From Candidatus Micrarchaeota archaeon (GTDB lineage Archaea > Micrarchaeota > Micrarchaeia > Micrarchaeales > Micrarchaeaceae), in assembly GCA_964498845.1 (NCBI GenBank), contig CAZCIA010000001.1:1-37172 (forward strand): DNA of 37,172 bases, read 5' to 3'. The notes beneath the pieces are model-generated. The model worked only from the letters and a program-made list of their open reading frames with translations. It made no database searches and was not told the DNA's origin. The position numbers and the translations under genes are program-made. Within the stretch, counting starts at the first letter, position 1, and each line of letters begins with the position of its first letter. This document shows, piece by piece, positions 1-8,225 of the stretch.

Positions 1-1
1 T

Positions 2-694
2 ACCGTGATTTATGATGACAAACAGCGCATCTGTCGGTTTTGCGCTCCTTCTTACGTCATTCAGGTAATTCGCAAGGTACGGAGTGCTGAAAACTATCGG
101 TGTTCTTCGATCTCCAGTCTTCCCAGAGACCCTTACGTAGCTAATTCCTTCGTTCTGGAAAGATATATCTTGTATTTTGAGGGTCAGAAGCTCTCCGATA
201 CGCATTCCAGTGTCCCAAAGTAGTGCGATTAGAGCCTTATCTCTCTGGTTCATGCATGCTTCTATGAGTTTTTGTATGTCATCCTCTGTCAAAAGCACCT
301 CTGCTGGCAGCCTCTTTGACCCTTCGTTTGACAGCTTTATCCATTTGACAAGGTCTGGGTACTCCTCTGTCTTGCAAACCCATTTGTAGAAGTTCTTTAG
401 ACCAAGTCTAAGCTTGTCCTTTGATATGGAAGCCTTACCGCTCTTGTTTATGGCCAAAGCTACGGTCTCTATGTCCTCTCTTGTGGCCTTCCTTGCATCC
501 TTTGGCAGTATGCCTAAGAGATATCTTAGCTCTTGTAACCTTCTGGCTATTGTCTTCGCTTTGCGGTTATTCAGCTCTAGGAAGCGCTTATAGCCCAAGG
601 CATAGGATAAATTAGGCTCCTTCAATCGCTTCTCCATAGTGCGCAATTCGCTTGCCAGCCTGAAGTCCCCGTCATGCGCATAGTCTCTTGGCAT
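2..694 (-). CDS. Tyrosine recombinase / phage-type integrase, N-terminal ~231 aa only; the C-terminus runs off the left edge of the window
   Basis: Absent from the ORF track because there is no stop in the window. My translation from ATG 694 on the minus strand reads MPRDYAHDGDFRLASELRTMEKRLKEPNLSYALGYKRFLELNN...NQRDKALIALLWDTGMRIGELLTLKIQDISF...VRVSGKTGDRRTPIVFSTPYLANYLN. This shows a SAM-like N-domain, then the first catalytic-Arg box (LLxxTGxRxxEL) and a GKTGxR strand typical of archaeal and phage integrases. The + strand track ORFs at 5-615 are its shadows. Confidence 0.75.
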   Translation of the reverse strand, partial: MPRDYAHDGDFRLASELRTMEKRLKEPNLSYALGYKRFLELNNRKAKTIARRLQELRYLLGILPKDARKATREDIETVALAINKSGKASISKDKLRLGLKNFYKWVCKTEEYPDLVKWIKLSNEGSKRLPAEVLLTEDDIQKLIEACMNQRDKALIALLWDTGMRIGELLTLKIQDISFQNEGISYVRVSGKTGDRRTPIVFSTPYLANYLNDVRRSAKPTDALFVIINHG

Positions 695-732
695 ATTAAG
701 AGGGTCTGTTAGACCTTCTTTATATGCGGGTT

Positions 733-754
733 GGTCAAGGGCATTGAACCTTCC
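733..754 (-). repeat. T-arm-like partial copy of the tRNA-Asn 3' region (possible att or tRNA remnant)
   Basis: The minus strand GGAAGGTTCAATGCCCTTGACC shares AGGTTCAAT plus flanking bases with the tRNA T-arm (GCAGGTTCAATCCCTGC, + coordinates 771-786). It lies 33 nt downstream of that T-arm, between the tRNA and the integrase start. Confidence 0.3.
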
Positions 755-761
755 AATCGGA

Positions 762-833
762 CGCCCGAAGCAGGGATTGAACCTGCGACCTACTGGTTAA
801 CAGCCAGTCGCTCTACCACTGAGCTATTCGGGC
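762..833 (-). tRNA. tRNA-Asn (anticodon GTT), 72 nt, no encoded CCA, no intron
   Basis: The reverse complement is GCCCGAA-TA-GCTC-AGTGGTA-GAGC-G-ACTGG-CTGTTAA-CCAGT-AGGTC-GCAGG-TTCAATC-CCTGC-TTCGGGC-G. It folds as a full cloverleaf with a 7-bp acceptor stem, 4-bp D stem, 5-bp anticodon stem (loop CTGTTAA, anticodon GTT) and 5-bp T stem. Confidence 0.9.
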
Positions 834-872
834 TTATTCGTTTTGTGAGTTGCTATTTTAGAGCCTTTCTGT

Positions 873-1709
873 CTAGTGTCTGAAAATCAGGCTTATCAGA
901 TGCATTACGGCGTATACTGGCTCATAGACTATCGGGAATGCTGTTATCCCGCTGCCTATCGCATAGTAGTCGTTAAGCAGCGTTGCCTGCGTTATTATGG
1001 TAACGCTCGTCTGCCTGTATATCAGCGGGCTTGCAACCGACCTGACATTGATGTTGACCTTGTATACTCCTGGCTCGCTCAATGAAACCGGATATGTGAA
1101 AGTCTTTGTTGCATGGTGCAATGCTATGACGCTCTGCGTTATGTTGTATGCGGGCAGTCCTGAAAGGCTTATCAGGAAGAGGCTGTCTGAAACCCCTGTG
1201 TTGTTTATGCTAACATATATGTTTGTGGGGACCCCCGCGCTCACGTACGCCGTGTCTGGCGTCACACCAAGCTTGAAGACGTTAGGCGTAACATTAATCT
1301 CTGCAATGAACCTTATTGCGCCAAGCTTTGAGTAATTGCCCACATTCACTGCTGTGAGATTAAACTTGTAAGTGCCGTTGGGGGTGCTTGCTGCCGGCGT
1401 TATCTTCACCGATAGCGTTGGATTGTAGAGCGACGAGTTCTGCGCTATCCACCCCGAAGGAAGACCTGTCACCACGAACTTGTTCCAGCCAAGGTTGTTC
1501 ACCACCCCTGTGCTGTTTGTAGTGGCTGCCGATATGGTCACATAGAATGTCTGGCCAGGCCCGTCCTTGCCGATGTAGACCGTGCTGTTCGCCGTGTAAA
1601 CCGTGGTGTTGAACGGCTGTATTATGCTTACGTATGAGGCGCTGCTCGCCTGCATGAGCACTATTGCAAATACCGCAGCGGAAACCGCAAACGAGGATGA
1701 TGATCCCAC
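873..1709 (-). CDS. Secreted or membrane-anchored surface glycoprotein candidate with NEW3/CARDB-like Ig-fold segments
   Basis: 278-aa ORF with a GTG start. It has a signal-like N-terminus (SFAVSAAVFAIVLMQASSA), about ten N-x-S/T sequons and a hydrophobic C-terminus. The segment GLPSGWIAQNSS...TPNGTYKFNLTAVN resembles the PxGW...pGxY pattern of NEW3/COG1470 surface domains. Confidence 0.6.
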   Translation of the reverse strand: MGSSSSFAVSAAVFAIVLMQASSASYVSIIQPFNTTVYTANSTVYIGKDGPGQTFYVTISAATTNSTGVVNNLGWNKFVVTGLPSGWIAQNSSLYNPTLSVKITPAASTPNGTYKFNLTAVNVGNYSKLGAIRFIAEINVTPNVFKLGVTPDTAYVSAGVPTNIYVSINNTGVSDSLFLISLSGLPAYNITQSVIALHHATKTFTYPVSLSEPGVYKVNINVRSVASPLIYRQTSVTIITQATLLNDYYAIGSGITAFPIVYEPVYAVMHLISLIFRH

Positions 1710-1824
1710 TCAATCGCCTTAGGAATAATCAAACACCATTTATTTATAACTTCAGTTGGCCTGGTGGCTAATTGCACAGCAGTCCAGCCGAAACATATGC
1801 AAGCCTTTATAATCTTCCATTTAG

Positions 1825-3081
1825 ATGTACGCCTGTGATAGTGTGAGATTATCGGTTGCCGCAGCCCTGGCTGTTATAGCGGTCATCGTTGCAGGATCCT
1901 TGGTTTATATATATTCTGGCTCCATTGCAGGAAAACCTCAAGCCGGCTATCTATTGAGCATAACCGACCCTCCGCAGGTGCCGGCAGGAACGTCATCGCT
2001 TGTCCTGTACTACTACTCGATAGCGGCCCATACAACAAACAGCGGATGGATATCAGCTAACATCACGGGGAGCGTGGACCTCATGCGTGTGCTAAACTCC
2101 AGCCAGGTGCTAGGCAGCATAAACCTGCCTAACGGCTCCATCGTAAACCAGGTGAGGTTCAACGTAAGCTCAGCGTCCATAACGATAAACGGCACCACCT
2201 ATAATGTTACGGTACCAAGTAAAAGCGTAACGGCGCACCTCGTGGCTAACAGCAAGGTGAACTCGGGCAGCGGCGCCCTGATAGACCTGTCGCCTGTCGT
2301 TGTAACCATATACACGAACAGCACAAGCGTGCCAAAGGACTTCGTCCTTGTGCCTTCGGTCATAGCAATCAGCATAGGCAGCAGGCACGTAAGCTTAAGG
2401 GCAGGAGAGATGGAAGCGCTTAACTCCAGCGAAAGGGAGGCGCTTGACATGCTCGGTAGCAACATAAGCATAACAGGCGCCGCGCTTAGCGCGTCGAACG
2501 GCAACGTCACAGACCTGTTAGTCACGGTGAGGGATAACTCCAACAGCAGCGTTGACCTGCACTTCATAGGTGTATTCGGCAGGGAGAACGTAGTGGTGAA
2601 TTTGAGCATGTTCGCTGCCGAAGCAAACACAATACTTAGCAGGATGGCGGCAAACGCAAGCGCGAACTCCATCGGCGATTTCGAGGACATGATGAGCAGG
2701 CTGAACGTGACCAGCGCCATGCTGGCGAATCTGAGTACAAATAGCACGTTGTACAACTCGCTAAGCGCAAGGCTTGCTGCTGATCTGGCCCAGCGTACAA
2801 CCGAGGAGGGTGACTTCCAAGAGAATGAGAACATGCTGCCGTTCCTGATCACAGCCAACGGCACCTTGGCAGTACCTTTTGCATCAGGTGAAATGAATGA
2901 CAATGAGGACAGTCCTGGATTTACCCTTCAGCCCGGACAATCGCACACCTTCTCTTTCATCGGCAGGATCACGCCTGCAAGCAGGTACTTCACAATAACT
3001 CCGGTAGCAGGCGCAAATTACAGGATAACTGTTGTAGGAGAAGAGGATGCAAGGATATCCACCAATGTCACAGCCGCTTAG
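1825..3081 (+). CDS. Membrane-anchored extracellular protein, DUF4382-like N-terminal beta domain
   Basis: 418-aa ORF with an N-terminal TM segment (LSVAAALAVIAVIVAGSLVYI). The stretch LSITDPPQVPAGTSSLVLYYYSIAAH...WISANITGSVDLMRVLNSSQVLGSINLPNGSIVNQVRFNV...VTVPS matches the DUF4382 pattern. It is very rich in N-x-S/T sequons. A TATA-like CCTTTATAATC lies about 25 nt upstream. Confidence 0.6.
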   Translation: MYACDSVRLSVAAALAVIAVIVAGSLVYIYSGSIAGKPQAGYLLSITDPPQVPAGTSSLVLYYYSIAAHTTNSGWISANITGSVDLMRVLNSSQVLGSINLPNGSIVNQVRFNVSSASITINGTTYNVTVPSKSVTAHLVANSKVNSGSGALIDLSPVVVTIYTNSTSVPKDFVLVPSVIAISIGSRHVSLRAGEMEALNSSEREALDMLGSNISITGAALSASNGNVTDLLVTVRDNSNSSVDLHFIGVFGRENVVVNLSMFAAEANTILSRMAANASANSIGDFEDMMSRLNVTSAMLANLSTNSTLYNSLSARLAADLAQRTTEEGDFQENENMLPFLITANGTLAVPFASGEMNDNEDSPGFTLQPGQSHTFSFIGRITPASRYFTITPVAGANYRITVVGEEDARISTNVTAA

Positions 3082-3609
3082 CTACGTGTAGGTGGTGCTG
3101 AACGCCAGCACCTGCTGCGTCGTCTGGTAGCTGTTCGGAAGCCCCGAGTACGTGTAATTGAGCCATACGTACCCAATGAACGTGCTGCCAAGCGCGCCAG
3201 TAGCAGGCGTGCTGCCAGGCGCATCATAACAGAATACGGTGAACTGCTTCGGCGCGTTCGAGAAGAGTATAGGGTAGGGTGCGTTCCCTGTCATCTTCAC
3301 GTTGCCGTACCTTGGCCCGACCCCTGTGCCGTTCACCTCGCTTGAGCAGCCTATACCGGTTATCTTTATTGATGCGCCTATGGACTGTGTAAGCAGAAAT
3401 GTGAAATTGCCGTTCGTGAACATTGCGAAGGAGGAGCACGAGAATGACGGGGCAGGGTTGCAGTACTGCGGCGCGAACTGCGGGCTGAAAACCCCGAGCT
3501 GGAATATTATGGCCACGGTGATGGCGACCACGGCTATGACTATGCCGTACGATGTTAGGAAATCTATAGTTGCCTGGGACCTTGCACCGCCGCTATGGCT
3601 GGCTCTCAT
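3082..3609 (-). CDS. Archaeal type IV pilin-like protein (class III signal peptide)
   Basis: The N-terminus MRASHSGGARS|QATIDFLTSYGIVIAVVAITVAIIFQLGVF has the pattern of a charged leader, small residue, Q, then a hydrophobic helix. The rest is a beta-rich, sequon-bearing domain. The start lies 5 nt after the stop of the response-regulator gene. Confidence 0.7.
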   Translation of the reverse strand: MRASHSGGARSQATIDFLTSYGIVIAVVAITVAIIFQLGVFSPQFAPQYCNPAPSFSCSSFAMFTNGNFTFLLTQSIGASIKITGIGCSSEVNGTGVGPRYGNVKMTGNAPYPILFSNAPKQFTVFCYDAPGSTPATGALGSTFIGYVWLNYTYSGLPNSYQTTQQVLAFSTTYT

Positions 3610-3614
3610 CTAAT

Positions 3615-4826
3615 CTATCCCTCCTTTTCATCGTCCGCACTCTTACCCACATGAAGCTTGACGCCGTTCGCATCCCTGGTTATCTTTATGTCGAGGTTCT
3701 TCATGCCGAATAGGCGCTGCAGCTCATCGTATGTGTATGACCCAGCATCACCCTGGAACCCTCCACCCCTGCCCTTGAGTATCTCGTTCCTCCTCTGTTT
3801 TATTTGATCCCTGTCGGATTCCTCGTACACCAGGGTGAGTTTCGGCACCTCCTTGGATTCGAACAGGCTGTCTATGTTAAGGTCAAGCAGCTTGTATCCA
3901 GCGTCCTGCAGTATGAATGGCAGCACGGCGGTGAACTCGTTCTTTATCTCATCAATTATCGCATTGACTTCCTCCTTCTTACCGGCAAGGACAAACTCGT
4001 CGCCGTTAAGGAAGCCGGTGAACGCGCTACCGCCCTTCACCTTTATCGAGTCCTGGAGCAGCTGCGATATGAGCCTGAGTATTACCACTCCTGCATGCTC
4101 CCCGAACCTCCTGACATATGCCCCGAGCCCGTCTATCTTTATCGTGCCTATTGTATAAAGTGCGCCCTCCTTTATGGACCGCTCAACCTCATTAGATATG
4201 CGCTCCTCGTCAGGCAGGTCGACCAACGGGTCGAACCGCTTCCCCTTCTTTTTCAGGAATATGGTTACAAGGGTGCGCAGGTCGCTTGGGTCGAACGGCT
4301 TCTTTATATAGTAATCCGCGCCGTACTTTATGCCCTTGAAGCGGTTGCTTGTCGGGTCCATCGCGCTCACCAGTATGACGACTATGTTGCTTGTGCTCGG
4401 GTCGCTCTTTATGGTCTGGCATATGTCGAGGCCGTCCTTGTGCGGCAGCATCAAATCTAATATAACAAGCTCAGGCCTGACAGCCCTGACCGCCTCTATT
4501 GCCTCCCCTCCATCATATATCTGGCCTACCTCGAATCCCTTCCCTATCGAGAGAGCCATCAGCTTGCTTATGTTCTTGTCATCCTCTATTATGAGCACTC
4601 GGCGCATAGCCGATTCCTGCTGCAGCATGTAGTAGGTCATCACTCCGCCGCTGCTCCTTGAAGCTATCAGCTTGGAATCCTCGAGATCCTTGAGGGAGCC
4701 CTTCAGTTCGTCCTCCGACACCCCACGGCTGAACATCATGTCGCTCAGTTCATTGTAACTGAGCTGCTGCTTCTCATTGACAAGAGCCATTATCACTTCC
4801 TTTAAGGGAACATTGCCCGCCGCCAT
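3615..4826 (-). CDS. Response regulator: small winged-helix-like N-domain, CheY-like receiver, and GGDEF-like (NGDEF) palm domain
   Basis: The REC domain spans aa ~75-192: acidic pocket LIIEDD, phospho-acceptor VILD(124)LMLP, VSAMD, YYIKKPF. The C-terminal aa ~198-330 align motif-by-motif to GGDEF domains. DPLVDLPDEE matches DxLTxLxNR, IKIDGLGAYVRRFGEHAG matches lDiDhFKxiNDxxGHxxGD, and FLNGDEFVL (nt 3993-4007) matches GGDEF. Confidence 0.8.
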   Translation of the reverse strand: MAAGNVPLKEVIMALVNEKQQLSYNELSDMMFSRGVSEDELKGSLKDLEDSKLIASRSSGGVMTYYMLQQESAMRRVLIIEDDKNISKLMALSIGKGFEVGQIYDGGEAIEAVRAVRPELVILDLMLPHKDGLDICQTIKSDPSTSNIVVILVSAMDPTSNRFKGIKYGADYYIKKPFDPSDLRTLVTIFLKKKGKRFDPLVDLPDEERISNEVERSIKEGALYTIGTIKIDGLGAYVRRFGEHAGVVILRLISQLLQDSIKVKGGSAFTGFLNGDEFVLAGKKEEVNAIIDEIKNEFTAVLPFILQDAGYKLLDLNIDSLFESKEVPKLTLVYEESDRDQIKQRRNEILKGRGGGFQGDAGSYTYDELQRLFGMKNLDIKITRDANGVKLHVGKSADDEKEG

Positions 4827-4939
4827 CCGATCGCCTGATAGATATCAACGGAAAGAATATTATGCTTTGCACCATTCCTTTGGTTTGCGGCAGTCATCAA
4901 AACTTTAATAAACCTTTAAAGGGGATATCCTCTGGTTCG

Positions 4940-5890
4940 ATGGTGCGCAGGATCCACATAGGGCTTGGCATTGTAGTCGCAATAATAGTGGTAGTTGTCG
5001 TGCTGATACTCTTCGCCTTCGGCAGCGGAGCGCTGAGCATAAGCGGCCCGACCACTCTGACGCTCACACAGGCGCCTACCGTGATCAGGGTGGGGGGCAC
5101 CCAGTACGTTGTGAGCCTGCACAGCGGCCAAGCGGCGTCAAACCTGGCTTACATATACATAGGCAAATCTCCTGTCTTCATAAACCCGACGCTGAACGTC
5201 ACGCTCATACTCCACAACTCAACAAGGGTAAGCGGAAGCCTGAGCAGGCAGGCCGACATGCAGATACGCCTTAATTCATTGACAAACGCAACAGCATTAG
5301 TGACGATAACGCCGCTAACCGCCTATCTGAACGAGAGCCCTGATTACAGCCGTATCCACGTGATAGGCCAGGTGACAGGGCCTATGGCGAACTACTCCAC
5401 CACGATAATAATATACAACGTGAGCTTGCAGAGCACCACAACTGTTAGCCAGGCATTGACCCCGCAGCAGCGCATAACCGCGTACCTGAAAAACAACGAG
5501 TGGTACGGGCTTATGCAGAATTACACCATAGCGTATGCAAACACAAGGAACTGCACGCAGTCGGTGTACACCAACGATTACGCGAGCCATTACAACAGAA
5601 TTCCGACCGGGCCGGCCACGTACGCGAATGCGACGGCTATTGCGCCGTACGCGATTACATACAATGTGACAAGCGTTGGCAAAGGCAACTATGCGGCTGT
5701 GTGGTCGACCGTGTCGTCCACCTCTTACACTACAGGGTCCGCCCTCACGCTCGTTGTCAACCTCACAACAGGCAGCATCCTGAACACCACCATGGGCGGC
5801 GTGTTCAAGGATCTCAGCTTTTCATCGCTCCAGAACTCATTAGTTATGGCGTCCGCATTCGGCAACGCCTGCGGCATACTTGTTGCATGA
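4940..5890 (+). CDS. Membrane-anchored extracellular glycoprotein, unknown function
   Basis: The track ORF starts at 4862. I prefer ATG 4940 (MVRRIHIGLGIVVAIIVVVVVLILFAF, charged N-terminus plus TM) because TTTAATAA/TTTAAA boxes at 4903-4920 fall inside the longer version. The protein has many N-x-S/T sequons and no recognisable enzymatic motif. Confidence 0.6.
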   Translation: MVRRIHIGLGIVVAIIVVVVVLILFAFGSGALSISGPTTLTLTQAPTVIRVGGTQYVVSLHSGQAASNLAYIYIGKSPVFINPTLNVTLILHNSTRVSGSLSRQADMQIRLNSLTNATALVTITPLTAYLNESPDYSRIHVIGQVTGPMANYSTTIIIYNVSLQSTTTVSQALTPQQRITAYLKNNEWYGLMQNYTIAYANTRNCTQSVYTNDYASHYNRIPTGPATYANATAIAPYAITYNVTSVGKGNYAAVWSTVSSTSYTTGSALTLVVNLTTGSILNTTMGGVFKDLSFSSLQNSLVMASAFGNACGILVA

Positions 5891-8122
5891 TCACTGCTGC
5901 GCCTTCAGCCTCCTCGTCTTCGGCTTGACCCTTAGTGTGAACCAAAATCTCGTGCCCTTGCCGGGTGTCGATTCGAACGATATCTCGCCGCCGTGCAGCT
6001 TCACCAGCTCCTTTGCTATCGATAGGCCGAGGCCTGTGCCTGCGCCGTCCTGCTTGACCAGGTCCTTCTTCGCCTGCACCTGGTAGAACTTCCTGAAGAG
6101 CCTGTGCCTGTCCTCCTCGCTTATGCCTATCCCAGTATCAATGACGTCGCACTGGACTTTGCTTCGCATTCTCCGGTATATCTTGACTTGGATGCTGCCG
6201 TTGTCAGTGAACTTTATGGAGTTGCCTATAAGATTAACAAATATCTGTATCAGCCTGTTTGGGTCCGCCCTGATTGTCGGCACATCGTATGCAACATCCC
6301 ACTTGAAGGCCAGCCCCTTCTCCTCCGCTGATTCCTTGAGTGCGACTATGCTAGGATTATCCTTCATCGCGTTGAGGTCTACATCCTTCAGCTCCAGCTT
6401 TACCTTCTGGGCGTCCAGCTTTGCAGAGTCTAGCACCTGCTGGATTATCAGCATCAGCCTGTCGGCCTCATCCGATATCGTCTGTATGTACTGCCTCTGC
6501 TCATCGTTGAGCTCGCCGAACTCCCCGCTGTAGAGCAGCTTTGCGAAGCCCTTTATGTTTGTCATCGGCGTCTTGAGTTCGTGCGATATGTTGTATATGA
6601 ACTGTGATTTCAGCTCGCCGGTAGATCTGAGCTGCTTCAGGTCCCTCTCCATCTTGTTTAGGGCCAGCTCCATGTCATCCAGGCTCCGCTTCGTCAGAAG
6701 CTCCCTTATCACGACCAAGTACTCCGTGCTGCCCTCATGGTCCGTCAGCAGCCTTATCGACTGCGTTCCTGGCACTATGTCACCGCTCTTCGCAAGCAGG
6801 TCTACATAGGAATTGTCTGGCTTGCCAAGGTTCCTGGCGTAGGTCATATCCCTGTCGACTATCGCTTGCTCTTTGTATATGGATCGGATGTCCTTGCCGA
6901 CAAGGTCCTCACGGCTGTAGCCGAGCGTAGATTCCGTTGAAAGATTGCACGATGTTATGAAGCCCATGCCATCCACCCTCAGCACTATCTCTGCGGCGTT
7001 GGCGATGAAGTCGTTGAGGCTCTCGCGCAGGTCCTCCACATACTTCTCAGCGTCTGACCTGACCAGCATGAAAACATAACCGTCCAGCGACCTTATCGCA
7101 GAGAAGTGCATCCTCATCGGATATCCGCTTATTGAGAGCATCTCGGTCCTGCCTGTCAGCTTGCCGTGCTGCTTCTCATCCCTCACCATGGCAGCGAAGC
7201 CCTCGCGCTGCTTGTCGCTTATTATGTCTGTTATGGGCTTGCCCATCATTATCCTTTTCTCATAGCCGAGTATATGCTCGAAATTCTCTGTGGAGTCAAC
7301 CATGCTGAGCAGGCTGTCCGTGAATACTATCATCGCGTCGTTGCTCTGCGCTATTGATTGCACAGCATTCCTCATCGATGACATGTCTGATACGTCCTGC
7401 AGCGCGACATGGAGGAGCGCGTCGCTGGCTCTGTTAACGCTTGCAGAATATGTCCGGTCGGTCCCGTCCTGCCTGATGGCTATCGTGCTCGGTGCGCTTC
7501 TATTTGTCATTGATAGCACGCCGTTGTAATCCACGCCTATCGCGCTTTTTATGTCGGAACCCTGCTGCACCCTGAAGAGCTTCATGGCCGCCTTGTTGGC
7601 CTTGACTACGCTTCCACCAGTAGCAACGAGCATCTGGGGATTGTCGCTGTTGAAGGCTGCATCAAAGTACTCTGCGAGCCTGCCGTTCCTGCTGCGCTCA
7701 GACTTGTACGCTAGCGCGAAACCGATAAGCAGTGCACCGACAGAGACGTCATGGATGATTTCTTCTGTGAACCTGTTCTCCGAAGGCGAGAGCATCTCTA
7801 GTAGTGATACCACACGGCCGTCAGCGACTATCGGAACTGCGGCATAGCTCCTGTAGCCGCTGCTGCCGTAGCCTATAAGCTCAGGTGAAAGAGAATACTC
7901 GCTCAGGTTGTTGTCGATGAATGGCTTTCTTGTAGAGAGAACCTGCGTGCTTACTGCAGATCTATCCTCACTGTCATCAATATCCTTTATTGAGACCTTA
8001 TCTATGCCGTATGCCTCCCTGACAAGGTCGGTGAAATACTTTATCATCTCCTCTCTAGTAACGTCGCTGCCTGCGAGGGACGCTAGGCCTACTACAAACC
8101 TGTTCGACGGAAGGTCGGCCAT
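5891..8122 (-). CDS. Cytoplasmic multi-sensor histidine kinase (GAF, at least 2 PAS, HisKA, HATPase_c)
   Basis: 743 aa with no TM segments. The N-terminus looks like a GAF domain, followed by PAS-like repeats. H-box FIYNISHELKTPMTNIKGF, N-box LIQIFVNLIGNSIKFT, G1 DTGIGI, G2 GTGLGLSIAKELV. Confidence 0.85.
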   Translation of the reverse strand: MADLPSNRFVVGLASLAGSDVTREEMIKYFTDLVREAYGIDKVSIKDIDDSEDRSAVSTQVLSTRKPFIDNNLSEYSLSPELIGYGSSGYRSYAAVPIVADGRVVSLLEMLSPSENRFTEEIIHDVSVGALLIGFALAYKSERSRNGRLAEYFDAAFNSDNPQMLVATGGSVVKANKAAMKLFRVQQGSDIKSAIGVDYNGVLSMTNRSAPSTIAIRQDGTDRTYSASVNRASDALLHVALQDVSDMSSMRNAVQSIAQSNDAMIVFTDSLLSMVDSTENFEHILGYEKRIMMGKPITDIISDKQREGFAAMVRDEKQHGKLTGRTEMLSISGYPMRMHFSAIRSLDGYVFMLVRSDAEKYVEDLRESLNDFIANAAEIVLRVDGMGFITSCNLSTESTLGYSREDLVGKDIRSIYKEQAIVDRDMTYARNLGKPDNSYVDLLAKSGDIVPGTQSIRLLTDHEGSTEYLVVIRELLTKRSLDDMELALNKMERDLKQLRSTGELKSQFIYNISHELKTPMTNIKGFAKLLYSGEFGELNDEQRQYIQTISDEADRLMLIIQQVLDSAKLDAQKVKLELKDVDLNAMKDNPSIVALKESAEEKGLAFKWDVAYDVPTIRADPNRLIQIFVNLIGNSIKFTDNGSIQVKIYRRMRSKVQCDVIDTGIGISEEDRHRLFRKFYQVQAKKDLVKQDGAGTGLGLSIAKELVKLHGGEISFESTPGKGTRFWFTLRVKPKTRRLKAQQ

Positions 8123-8225
8123 TCTTATACCAGATTTTGCACTGAAGTAACTTTTGGGTATCTCATTAAACCTAAATACGTGGAAAGTATTTAAATCTAG
8201 TTCGAGATATTTTGGTGGTGGAAGG

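Noticed and set aside
5-615. Three + strand track ORFs at the left edge (5-223, 177-389, 421-615).
   Set aside because: They lie antisense to a continuous minus-strand frame (2-694) that encodes a recognisable tyrosine recombinase N-terminal region. None has any protein-like motif.
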